Positions 1 to 9,524 are shown, counted from the first letter of the stretch. The stretch is 64,000 nucleotides of DNA from Promethearchaeota archaeon (GCA_030599585.1 JAUVNS010000010.1:128001-192000); one strand, 5' to 3'. Notes: a model not told the origin generated them from the letters alone. Numbers and translations are program-made.

Positions 1-2
1 AT

Positions 3-1562
3 GGATATCCAATTCTAAATGAGAACGGAAATGTCGTCCAAATGATAGAATACGCATTAAACATTACCGATCGCAAGATAGCACAACAGGAATTAAAAGA
101 ATCCGAAAGAAAATATCGTGGATTCGTGAATAATATTTCAGATATTATATTTGAAATTGATATAAAAGGTAAATGTTCATATGTTAGTCATCAATTGTTT
201 GATATTTCGGGATTTTTTCCAGAGGAAATGGTCGGTCAAAATGTTTTTAAATTTGTGCATCCCGATGATCTATTTGGGGTCGCTGAGGAGGTTAAAATAG
301 CCTTTAATTCCGAGGATAATCGCTATATTGAGTTCAGATTGCGACATAAAGACGGTCATTATGTTTCAGTATCTTCTAGGTTTAGTACGACAATAATAGG
401 AGAAAAACGAAAACTCACGGGAGTTCTCGTGAATATGACAGAAAGAAAGAAAGCAAACCAAAAATTAAAAGAGTCAGAGGAATTCTTTAGAACAATTACC
501 GAACAATCTCTTTTAGGAGTAATAATAATACAAGATAGAATTATAAAATACGTCAATGACATCGCTCTAAATTATTCTGGTTATTCTAGAGATGAAGTTA
601 TAAATTTGCCTGAAACCCAAATATTGAAATTTATCTACACTGAAGATCGAGATATAATTAACCAGACTTTAATTGATCCTAATCCTAATATGGTATTTAG
701 AATAATAACTAAAGAGGGAAATACTAAATGGATTGATATTCATACTAAAACAATTTACTATAAAGGTAAAGAGGCATATTTATCTGCATTCTTAGATATA
801 ACAGAAAAAAAAGAAGCAGAAAATCTTATTAAAGATGAAATCACAAAATTGAAAGAATTGGATGAACTTAAGAATGAGTTTGTTTATAGAGCGTCTCACG
901 AATTAAAAACACCTTTAAATTCAATAGTGAGTGCATCCTCCTTATTAATTGATAGTTATCAAGATTTTTTCGATGAAAGAGTTTATGGACTAATAAATGT
1001 CATCAATAAAGGAGGAAAAATATTAGATGAATTAATTGGAGATTTACTGGATGTGTCGAGAATAGATTCAGAAAAATTAACGATTAAAAAAAAAAAAGAG
1101 AATATTGTGGAGATTATTAGAAATTGTACTCAAGAAATGATATTTTTGATTAATAAGCGTAATTTAAATATTGAATTTAAATATTTGGATAAGAAAATCT
1201 ATATGAAAATAGACAAGAAAAGATTCGAACAGGTTATTCTAAATATATTATCAAATTCAATTAAGAATACGCCATCTGAAGGAAGTATTTCATTCAATAT
1301 AAAATCAGAGAAGAAATTTATAGATATATCCATTACTGATACTGGAGTCGGCTTTACAAAGAAAGAGAAAGAGAAGTTATTCCAAAAGTTTGGAAAAATT
1401 GAAAGGCATGGTAAGGGAATGGACATTATATCAGAAGGAACAGGTTTAGGCTTATATATTTCAAAAGAAATTGTTGAATTACATGGGGGAGAAATTTGGG
1501 TTGAATCTAAAGGAAGAAACAAAGGATCTACTATTGTAATAAGATTACCATATAAAAAATAA
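3..1562 (+). CDS. Multi-PAS sensor histidine kinase (5'-truncated by window edge)
   Basis: Frame is open from nt 3 (GYPILNENGNVVQMIEYALNITDRK, a PAC motif), so ATG 42 is internal. Two further PAS domains, H-box RASHELKTPL, N-box NILSNSIKNT, DTGVG and GTGLGL G-boxes. Confidence 0.92.
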   Translation, partial: GYPILNENGNVVQMIEYALNITDRKIAQQELKESERKYRGFVNNISDIIFEIDIKGKCSYVSHQLFDISGFFPEEMVGQNVFKFVHPDDLFGVAEEVKIAFNSEDNRYIEFRLRHKDGHYVSVSSRFSTTIIGEKRKLTGVLVNMTERKKANQKLKESEEFFRTITEQSLLGVIIIQDRIIKYVNDIALNYSGYSRDEVINLPETQILKFIYTEDRDIINQTLIDPNPNMVFRIITKEGNTKWIDIHTKTIYYKGKEAYLSAFLDITEKKEAENLIKDEITKLKELDELKNEFVYRASHELKTPLNSIVSASSLLIDSYQDFFDERVYGLINVINKGGKILDELIGDLLDVSRIDSEKLTIKKKKENIVEIIRNCTQEMIFLINKRNLNIEFKYLDKKIYMKIDKKRFEQVILNILSNSIKNTPSEGSISFNIKSEKKFIDISITDTGVGFTKKEKEKLFQKFGKIERHGKGMDIISEGTGLGLYISKEIVELHGGEIWVESKGRNKGSTIVIRLPYKK

Positions 1563-1569
1563 ACTTAAA

Positions 1570-2274
1570 TTAGTTAAGATACTCAAAAAGATGGTTAAAG
1601 TCGGTAAAATTAAAGGGCTTACGCAAATATCCTTCTGCTCCTGTATCTTCAATTCTTTTACTAACTTCAGATTCAGGAATTGCTGTAATATAAAAAATTG
1701 GAATCCCCTTTAATTTATCATTTAATTTGATTTGTTTGCATATTTCATATCCGCTAATATCTGGCAAAATAATATCTAATAGGATTATGCTTGGGGCTGA
1801 TCTGTTTAATTCTTCTAAACCTTTTTTACCAGTTGTCACTCCGATGGATGAGAATCCCTTAATATCAAAATAATCTGTTAAAACCATAATTGTAGATGTA
1901 TCATCTTCAATGATCAATACATCATAAGACATAGTTTCCGGCTCAATTTCACCTATAATGTCATTAATTTTATTTTCAAGGAATATGCTTTTACTATAGA
2001 TTTCTTTTATTCTCAATAACATATTTGGATCTAATTTCTCAGCTTCATTTTCAAGAATTAGTTGTGAAAAACCTTTAATTGAAGTTAATGGCTCCTTTAA
2101 ATCATGAGTAAATTTAGATATATTATCAATAAGACTAATTCTAGATTTAGAACCAATATAAAAATTCACAGCTTTCCTAATTAGCATAGAAATTGTTGTA
2201 AATTCATTATCGTCAACAAAAGTTTGCCAATTAGTTTTGGTTTCTTCTGAAACGAGAATACCGATTCTTTTCAT
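1570..2274 (-). CDS. Ribbon-helix-helix + HisKA(DHp) + receiver-domain protein, no HATPase domain
   Basis: N-term MKRIGILVSEETK...TISMLIRKAV fits RHH. THDLKEPLTSIKGFSQL is an H-box. C-term REC with EDD, LLDIILP, ITA and KPF. Confidence 0.8.
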   Translation of the reverse strand: MKRIGILVSEETKTNWQTFVDDNEFTTISMLIRKAVNFYIGSKSRISLIDNISKFTHDLKEPLTSIKGFSQLILENEAEKLDPNMLLRIKEIYSKSIFLENKINDIIGEIEPETMSYDVLIIEDDTSTIMVLTDYFDIKGFSSIGVTTGKKGLEELNRSAPSIILLDIILPDISGYEICKQIKLNDKLKGIPIFYITAIPESEVSKRIEDTGAEGYLRKPFNFTDFNHLFEYLN

Positions 2275-2364
2275 GTCGTCTGTTTTTTTATCATTCTTAG
2301 AAATTATTATCTCACTTCCTAAGGTATCCGTATTTATATAATTCTTTTTCTTAATTAAAAAGTT

Positions 2365-3327
2365 TCACAATAGATTTGAAATGCAACTCGTAAATAGCTC
2401 ATCTACACCCTCACCAGTAAAAGCTGAAGTTTCGTAATATGAAAAGTTATTGCGATAAGATAAATCTAATGCACTACTCTGAATCGATTCTCTATCATTT
2501 ATTAAATCGATTTTATTCCCTACTAAGTAGTAATTAGTTTGGGGGGTTTTTATAAAATTTCTCGCCTCTTCAATCCATTCATTTATATTTTCAAGAGTAG
2601 TAAGTTTCGAGTAATCGAATAAAATAATCACAACTTTAGCATCTTGATAATAATGCTTTCGAACTTTTTTAAAACTCTTAAGACCACCCATATCAAATAT
2701 CTGGAAATCTATACTCATATTTTTAGTGATTTCAAAAGATCTTTTGTTAACTGAAAGCCCTATTGTAGGTATATAGTTATTTCCAGTTTTACCTTTAAGA
2801 TACATATCAACTAAAGATGTTTTTCCTACTGAATCTGATCCAATTATGACAATTTTGTTAGGCTTTGAAAATGAAGAGGAATGATCATCAAAAATAATAT
2901 TACCATTTCCATTAATTTTTGGAAGCTCAATTGATGTTTCTATATTATTCAAAATATTAGATGCCTTTTCAGCAACGAGGTAGGAATATGGAATGAAATC
3001 ATTCAAATTAGAATATGGATCTGTAACCATAACAAACAATCCCTGATTATTTATACCCATTTCAACATAAAACAATTGATATTCATTCATATGAATAGTT
3101 CCACTCCCTAAAGAGATCTCTGCGTATTTCTTCATTTTTTCCAGGTTTTCTTCCACAATACTAATAATGACCTCAAAAATTTCTTCTTTGAATCCTTTAT
3201 TTGATTGTTGAGCCATTATCAGGCCATTTGAATCAACAATAAGAACTGCTATAAGATCCTTTATTTCTTTAACCAAATTATTTAGCAATTCGTTTAGTAA
3301 ATTCGTTTTTGACACAATTACAGACAT
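2365..3327 (-). CDS. Roadblock/LAMTOR-like domain fused to Rab/Ras-like small GTPase
   Basis: N-term LNELLNNLVKEIKDLIAVLIVDSNGLIMA (roadblock-like). G1 GSDSVGKTS, G2 PTIG, G3 DMGG, G4 NKID, G5 TSA. Confidence 0.88.
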   Translation of the reverse strand: MSVIVSKTNLLNELLNNLVKEIKDLIAVLIVDSNGLIMAQQSNKGFKEEIFEVIISIVEENLEKMKKYAEISLGSGTIHMNEYQLFYVEMGINNQGLFVMVTDPYSNLNDFIPYSYLVAEKASNILNNIETSIELPKINGNGNIIFDDHSSSFSKPNKIVIIGSDSVGKTSLVDMYLKGKTGNNYIPTIGLSVNKRSFEITKNMSIDFQIFDMGGLKSFKKVRKHYYQDAKVVIILFDYSKLTTLENINEWIEEARNFIKTPQTNYYLVGNKIDLINDRESIQSSALDLSYRNNFSYYETSAFTGEGVDELFTSCISNLL

Positions 3328-3365
3328 GATCCTTAACCTATGTAATGTTTTTGTTATATTAATTA

Positions 3366-4019
3366 TTAATTAACAGCTATTTCTAATTTTTCAAAAAATT
3401 TATCAAGAGTCTCAACTGAGGGAATAAAACAAAAGGTTCCGTAGAAATCTAAATCTTCAATAATCAACTTTGTTTTAATCAGTAACATAAAATCTAAATT
3501 TTCTGAACACATTGCTAAAAACTCATTAATTATTGCTCCTAATTTATCGAAAGCTAAGATGGGAACATCTGGAATATATTTAGTAGATAACAAGTTAGCA
3601 AGTGCACTAGTATAATGCCCTGCTAAAATATTACCAATTTCTACAATTAAACTGATAGTATATTCATCAAAATCATCTAAATTTGTTATCTCAACTCTCT
3701 TCTGTTTATTTTGTTCTGATAAAATGTCTATTAAATTGAAGATACTTTTTTTTGTGAAAATTTGTAAAATATTAAGATTAGTTTCCGCTTTAACGATTGA
3801 ATTTATTCCAAATACATCTGTATTAGAGCCCCCCAATTTATCACTTAATTTCCAAATGGGAATAATCTCGGCCGAAGTTAGAGAAACTTCTATTCTTTTG
3901 TCTAATAATTGCGATAAAGCGGTTATTGCATTACCGGATCCAATATTCCCAATCTCCATTAGAGTATCAATTTGGTATTGAGTCAATCGAAAATTTTCTT
4001 CTTCAGAATATCTTAACAT
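3366..4019 (-). CDS. cheC: CheY-P phosphatase CheC
   Basis: Two E-x-x-N sites (EIGNIGSGNA, EIGNILAGHY); che operon context. Confidence 0.9.
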   Translation of the reverse strand: MLRYSEEENFRLTQYQIDTLMEIGNIGSGNAITALSQLLDKRIEVSLTSAEIIPIWKLSDKLGGSNTDVFGINSIVKAETNLNILQIFTKKSIFNLIDILSEQNKQKRVEITNLDDFDEYTISLIVEIGNILAGHYTSALANLLSTKYIPDVPILAFDKLGAIINEFLAMCSENLDFMLLIKTKLIIEDLDFYGTFCFIPSVETLDKFFEKLEIAVN

Positions 4020-4118
4020 TTCTTAAAAATCCCTCATCTTTTATCACTAATTGTTAATTTTTTAAGCTCATTAATTGAGTGTGATTATTTCAATCTTTTT
4101 TTTAATTAAACATTATTT

Positions 4119-4724
4119 TTATAATAATTTTCTATAATATTCCTCGCCTGTTGGTTTCACATAAACGCTATTATCTTTTGTATCATAAATGATAATTCTA
4201 CCTCTTTTACCGCCGATATCTTTTCTAATAATCCTAATCTTAAGTCGTTCTAATTCAGATTTAACTACTTTTATGTTTTCTGCACCAATATCATTAAAAT
4301 GGTTTTGAAAAATTTTTGATCCCCCAACCATAACAGCTTTTATATTTTGACTTTCAGCTCCCTGATTAATCATATTTTTTACTAGATCCTTTACAGAACA
4401 GTCAGCAAATTTATGTGGACGTTTTATTTTTATATTATCCTTTATGTGATCTGAATGAGGGAGTAATATGTGAGACATTGCATAAATTTTATTTTGTAAA
4501 TCATAAAGAATTAACGCTATGCATGAACCTAACCCATATATTATTATTTTCGTTTGACTTATATACAATTTTGAATCAGAATTAATCAAAACATAATGAG
4601 CTATATGTAAAACTATCTCTCCTTTTCTATCTCCTTCAGTGATACAATCATTACGGTTTATGGAAGCAATTCCAATATTATTACTAAAAGATATCAGTTC
4701 ATTAGACATAGCTTTAATTTCCAT
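4119..4724 (-). CDS. cheD: Chemoreceptor glutamine deamidase CheD
   Basis: GLGSC catalytic Cys, SHILLP His, KFAD, VGGSKIF, DIGG.RGR. Exact start uncertain (overlaps cheB stop). Confidence 0.92.
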   Translation of the reverse strand: MEIKAMSNELISFSNNIGIASINRNDCITEGDRKGEIVLHIAHYVLINSDSKLYISQTKIIIYGLGSCIALILYDLQNKIYAMSHILLPHSDHIKDNIKIKRPHKFADCSVKDLVKNMINQGAESQNIKAVMVGGSKIFQNHFNDIGAENIKVVKSELERLKIRIIRKDIGGKRGRIIIYDTKDNSVYVKPTGEEYYRKLL

Positions 4725-5859
4725 ATTTTTTATCGAATTTTAATATGTAATTTTTAATCATACTATTTGGAGTTATAATTTGTGCTGCCCCACTTTCAGC
4801 AGCTACTTTTGGCATACCGTACACGATGCTCGTTTCTTTCGACTCTGCTATGGTCAAACCACCTTTTGATTTAATAGCTTTTAATCCTGCAACCCCATCA
4901 TTTCCTATACCTGTTAAAATGATACCTAATGCACGTTTTTTGAAAACTCGAGCTGCTGAAAAGAACAAAGGATCTGCCGAAGGTATACAATAATTTATTG
5001 GTTGTCCATCAAATGTTCTTATATAGGGTTTATTATTTTTAACTACAATTTCCGTGTGTTTTCCCCCTGGAGCGAGATAAACAATTCCGGAATTAATTTT
5101 TTCTCCATTTTTAGCTAATGTTACATCCAAATCAGTGTAATCATTTAAGGATTCAGCTAATTGTACCATAAATTGTTCATTCAAATGTTGGACAATTAAA
5201 ATCGGACTGTTTATTCCTTTTGGAATTTGGCTCAAAATTAATCTTAAAGTTTTAGGACCTCCAACACTAGTAGCAATAACAATAATATTAAATTTAAATT
5301 TGTCAATATCGACTTTATTTACTTTTTCCATACCAACTTTATCAAATGGTGGAATTTTTGGTTTTTGAACATAAGCTTTAATTTTTTCAGATTTTTGCTG
5401 ATTCTGATTCTTAAGTGAGGCATCGGGAAAATCCTTAATTGCTTTAGATTTATCTATCTTCTTGGATTTAGAAGCAAGTAGTACTTTTGAAATTAGTTCT
5501 TCTTTAAATTTTGGAAGTTCCACCTTCCAGACACCTCCTGGTTTAATAATATAATCAAAAGCTCCTAAGAGTAGTGCTTGAACAGATGCATCTAAAGTAA
5601 TTGGGTCTAATACTGAAAAGACAATTGTAGGTATGGGATAAATTTTCATGATTTGCTTAAAAGCTGCTAATCCATCCATCCTAGGCATTAAAATGTCAAG
5701 AAGTAGTACATCAGGCTTGAATTCTATCACTTTTTCAACTGCTTCTATACCATCTCGTGCTACATATACCACTTCAATCTCTTCATGCTCTGACAGCATT
5801 TCTGAGATGATTTTCCTCTGAAATGATGAATCATCTGCTATTAATACTTTTACAGTCAT
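4714..5859 (-). CDS. cheB: Chemotaxis response-regulator methylesterase CheB
   Basis: REC (ADDS, LLDILMPRMDG) plus methylesterase triad motifs TSVGGP, VQH and LTGIGNDG; VYGMP. Confidence 0.95.
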   Translation of the reverse strand: MTVKVLIADDSSFQRKIISEMLSEHEEIEVVYVARDGIEAVEKVIEFKPDVLLLDILMPRMDGLAAFKQIMKIYPIPTIVFSVLDPITLDASVQALLLGAFDYIIKPGGVWKVELPKFKEELISKVLLASKSKKIDKSKAIKDFPDASLKNQNQQKSEKIKAYVQKPKIPPFDKVGMEKVNKVDIDKFKFNIIVIATSVGGPKTLRLILSQIPKGINSPILIVQHLNEQFMVQLAESLNDYTDLDVTLAKNGEKINSGIVYLAPGGKHTEIVVKNNKPYIRTFDGQPINYCIPSADPLFFSAARVFKKRALGIILTGIGNDGVAGLKAIKSKGGLTIAESKETSIVYGMPKVAAESGAAQIITPNSMIKNYILKFDKKYGN

Positions 5860-5875
5860 AATCTAACAAAATTGG

Positions 5876-6919
5876 TTATCTAATCTTTAAATATATATGA
5901 TTTCGGGCATCTACTAATTTGAAATTACTGTAATTATTAAAAAGGGTCTCAGTTTTACCCAAAATTAGTAACCCCCCTAATTCTAAATGTCTATCGATTA
6001 TTTTAAGGAAACTATCACGATTTTCTCTATTAAAATATATTAAAAGATAACGACATAATATGATATCATATTTCCATCTATTCTGATGCCCTTTTGTTAT
6101 ATCTTCACAGAAAAAATCTACTTTTCTTTTAATGTCCTCAGTTAAAATATATTTATTTCCAAAATATTCATTTTCCTTACTAAAATATCTTTTTTCGAAG
6201 TACTTTGAAGTCTCTTTAACTGAATCATCATTATATACGGCTTTGTGTGCTTTATCAATTGCCAACTTATCTATATCAGAAGCAACAATTTTGTATTGAG
6301 GGAATGATTTAATTTGTTTTTCAAGATTATTCAGAATCATAGCTATCGTATAAGGCTCTTCACCAGTAGCACATGGACAGGACCATATTTTAATTGATTT
6401 ATTATTTAATTTAGGATTGTTTATTTTTTTATAGAGTGATGTCTCTTTTACGTAATATTTATTTTGTACAAGGTAACGATTTGAGTTTAACCTTTTGCTT
6501 GAAATTCCTTTAATTGAAGACTTGTTAACTTTTTCCTTATTTTTTTGTTCATTTTTGTTCTTTTTTTTTATTTTTGATGGATCGGGTTTAAAATCATAAA
6601 ATAAAGTATTATTTCTAGAATTAAAACACTCAATAAATATATTATTTAATCGTTCAAACAAATCCCAGTTTCTAAAGAAGTAAGTATAATTTATACTAAA
6701 TCGATTAAAAAAAATTTCTAATTCTTTCGGATTAGAATTTATATAACTGTAATACTCTTCTATTGATTTGCATTTTACGCGTATCATTCTAGCTTTTATC
6801 CTCCTTTCAATAAAATTTCTTCTGTAATAGTCGAAATTTAATTTTGTCTCTTGATGTAATAAGCTAATTAACTTCTTATAGGGATTTTCCTTTATTTTTA
6901 TTTGATCAAATGTTAGTAT
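5876..6919 (-). CDS. cheR: Chemotaxis methyltransferase CheR (probable ATA start at 6919, upstream of track ATG 6787)
   Basis: TYFFR, IWSCPCATGEEPYT, ASDID, YDIILCR. Frame stays open 5' of 6787, encoding KKLISLLHQETKLNFDYYRRNFIERRIKAR (CheR N-domain), and GGTGAT precedes the ATA. Confidence 0.9.
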   Translation of the reverse strand: MLTFDQIKIKENPYKKLISLLHQETKLNFDYYRRNFIERRIKARMIRVKCKSIEEYYSYINSNPKELEIFFNRFSINYTYFFRNWDLFERLNNIFIECFNSRNNTLFYDFKPDPSKIKKKNKNEQKNKEKVNKSSIKGISSKRLNSNRYLVQNKYYVKETSLYKKINNPKLNNKSIKIWSCPCATGEEPYTIAMILNNLEKQIKSFPQYKIVASDIDKLAIDKAHKAVYNDDSVKETSKYFEKRYFSKENEYFGNKYILTEDIKRKVDFFCEDITKGHQNRWKYDIILCRYLLIYFNRENRDSFLKIIDRHLELGGLLILGKTETLFNNYSNFKLVDARNHIYLKIR

Positions 6920-6930
6920 TTTCGATCACC

Positions 6931-7467
6931 TTAACTTTCGAGTATTTTATCAATCCTAACAATTCTTCTTTCAATATGTTCGAATGAATATTTTATATGT
7001 AATTGAATCTCTCTTATTTCTGATATTATCTTCTTAATTTGAGATTTCTCAGATTTTGATAACCTAAATTCTGCTTGATTGTTATAAATTTTATTTAATG
7101 GAGTTCTATCCTTCAAGATCTGCTCCTTAACCATACTCTTTCTTGATTGCCCTGGATAATCTAAATCTTGATTCCTATCGTTAATTTCTTCTAAAATAGT
7201 TTTGAAGTCTTCAGGCTCATGATTTTGTTTAATTACTTCATATTTAAATTTATAAAAATCTTTCTTACTCTTTAATTTTCCCGCCCAGTTTGCCGCAATA
7301 TATCGATGGAATAAGCGAGAATTACGACCGGCCCATATCCAGATAAGGTTTAAGTTTTTATCTATAACTAAATAAACACCATCATCCCCAAAAAGTTGAT
7401 CAGGTGCTTTTGTCAAAGTCTCTCCAATAACTTGATAAGTGGAATCATAATAACTGGATTTTACCAT
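6931..7467 (-). CDS. Single gelsolin-homology domain + C-terminal coiled coil
   Basis: DGVYLVID...IWIWAGRNS...YIAANWAGKL...EVIKQNHEPEDF matches the gelsolin repeat pattern. C-term amphipathic helix. Strong SD GGAGGT. Confidence 0.8.
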   Translation of the reverse strand: MVKSSYYDSTYQVIGETLTKAPDQLFGDDGVYLVIDKNLNLIWIWAGRNSRLFHRYIAANWAGKLKSKKDFYKFKYEVIKQNHEPEDFKTILEEINDRNQDLDYPGQSRKSMVKEQILKDRTPLNKIYNNQAEFRLSKSEKSQIKKIISEIREIQLHIKYSFEHIERRIVRIDKILES

Positions 7468-7598
7468 TATTTTTACCTCCTTTAGCCAAATATCTTCTCT
7501 TGAATAAATTTTATTTATTACTATTTTGATCGTCTAAACTATAAAAAAAAATTTAGAAAGATAATTATTCATCATGGGACCTTATCTTTATTATTGCT

Positions 7599-9524
7599 TT
7601 AAGCATAAAACTCTAATAAAGCATCCAATAACTCTTGTAATGTGTCGATATTTGGAATATATAAGAATGTCCCAGTTACTTTGAAATCTGTTATAATAAC
7701 ATTCGTAGTAATTACTAAAGAGAGTTTCTTAAGCAATCCAATTTCATCTCTTAAAATACTGAACAGCTGTTTCCCTGTATCAAGGTGTATATCAGGGGGG
7801 TCTGTCATTAACCGTATTCCTAATAAGTCACCAATTGCGCTAATATAATTACTTCCGAGAATATGACCTAATTCACTCATAGCACTGCGATAAAGCTCAG
7901 GAAAGTCATCAACTGTCTTAAATTTCTTTCGTAAGTCAATTTGTGTTTTCTTTTTATCATCAACGATAATTGATGTTAAATCTATCATATCTTTAACGCT
8001 AAAAATTGTAAGAACCGTTGCTTTAGTTTTTCCTGTGACGTTACTCCAAGCGACTAAGAGTTTATCAGTTGCTCGACTTAGTGTATCAGCATACTTATCT
8101 AATTCAACCATTTCTACCGAAGGTATATTAATAACTACTCTTTGATTTACCATTTGAGCTAGAGCATTAGCGGCATTCCCTGCTCCAATATTTCCTATTT
8201 CTTGTAATGCATCTCTCTGAAGCTCTGTTAATTTGATTGATTCCAAATTAAGCGATAAATCAGTTGTTGCTTCATCATTCGGTGCCTTAAATGTGACTCC
8301 TAATTTTCTGAACATCCCTTCCAGAGTTCCTTTGTCAGGTATAAAGAAAAACACTCCTGTTAGCTTAAAATCACTTATTTTTATCGTGGTTTTAATTAAT
8401 ACTACATATTTCGATATCGATTGCAATTCTTTACCTAAAAATTCTCCTAATAATCCAGAATCACTCATAGCAAATTCCGGAATGTCTATCATCATTTTAG
8501 TACCCGTTAAATCAGCTAGTGCAGATACATAATGACCAGCCATAATGTTTCCCATCTCAGTTATAGTAGATATAGCAAACGAATCAAGGTCCTCTTTGGA
8601 ATTGATTTTTTCAGGATCAAATTTAGAGTCATCACCAGTTAAATTAGCAACTAATTTCAATAGCGGCTTCATTTCAAAGATGTTAAGAATCGTTGATTGA
8701 GAAGGTTTATTGACATGGCAAAATATTCCACAAACCTTTTCACTAGATCCTTGAAACTGTTCTGATAATTTATCGCTGGAAATAATCCCTACATCTGTAA
8801 GTTGAACATCGATTTTTTTCTTTATTAAAACAGATAAAGCGGTCACAGCATTACCTACACCAATATTTCCAATTTCTTGTAAAGTATCAAGTTGATATTC
8901 ACTTAGTTCGTACTCCTTTTTCGGAGTTGGGCTTTTAGCTTTTTTATGGAGAACAACATTTTGAGATTTCGATTTTTTCTCCTTTATTTTCTTCGGGAGT
9001 ATTCCAGGTTGAGAAAGCGCTTTTGGAATCTTCTCTTGTTTTTTAAGCTGTTTAATTTTCAAGTTAGATAAATACCATTCGATAAGTGAATCTAAATCTA
9101 ATAAGATTAATGGTTGATCATTTAGCGTTCCAATCAATTTTACTAGATCCAGGTCTAAGTTTGTTTTTACAATTGTACTGTTTTGTCTAAAATTTCCTAA
9201 AGAAAATTTCTTAACACCATGGACATCATCCACTAATAAACCTAAATTTAAACCTTTATACTCTAATAGAAGTATTCTAGAATTTTCGGATAAATTATAT
9301 TCCGTTTTATTTCCATATATTATATGCCTTAGAGATAATACTGTATACACTGTACCCCTAATATCAATTATTCCTAATACTGATTCTTCAGCTAAAGGTA
9401 TTGGAATAATTTCATTATTTGGAACATAAATTTCTTTAACATTTTCTACTTCAAGTAAATATTGTTCATTTTGAACCTCTATTACTACTGAAGTGATACT
9501 ATTCATATTTTCAGCTTCCATCAT
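7599..9524 (-). CDS. CheW-CheC-CheC fusion protein
   Basis: N-term CheW (IPIPLAEESVLGIIDIRG, GLLVDDVHGV), Lys-rich linker, two CheC domains (EIGNIG/EMGNIM; EIGNIG/ELGHIL). Confidence 0.9.
   Translation of the reverse strand: MMEAENMNSITSVVIEVQNEQYLLEVENVKEIYVPNNEIIPIPLAEESVLGIIDIRGTVYTVLSLRHIIYGNKTEYNLSENSRILLLEYKGLNLGLLVDDVHGVKKFSLGNFRQNSTIVKTNLDLDLVKLIGTLNDQPLILLDLDSLIEWYLSNLKIKQLKKQEKIPKALSQPGILPKKIKEKKSKSQNVVLHKKAKSPTPKKEYELSEYQLDTLQEIGNIGVGNAVTALSVLIKKKIDVQLTDVGIISSDKLSEQFQGSSEKVCGIFCHVNKPSQSTILNIFEMKPLLKLVANLTGDDSKFDPEKINSKEDLDSFAISTITEMGNIMAGHYVSALADLTGTKMMIDIPEFAMSDSGLLGEFLGKELQSISKYVVLIKTTIKISDFKLTGVFFFIPDKGTLEGMFRKLGVTFKAPNDEATTDLSLNLESIKLTELQRDALQEIGNIGAGNAANALAQMVNQRVVINIPSVEMVELDKYADTLSRATDKLLVAWSNVTGKTKATVLTIFSVKDMIDLTSIIVDDKKKTQIDLRKKFKTVDDFPELYRSAMSELGHILGSNYISAIGDLLGIRLMTDPPDIHLDTGKQLFSILRDEIGLLKKLSLVITTNVIITDFKVTGTFLYIPNIDTLQELLDALLEFYA

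Noticed and set aside
2365-2385. C-terminal Cys of the GTPase as a prenylation signal
   Set aside because: CISNLL is not CaaX, CC or CxC; the Cys falls in the last G-domain helix.
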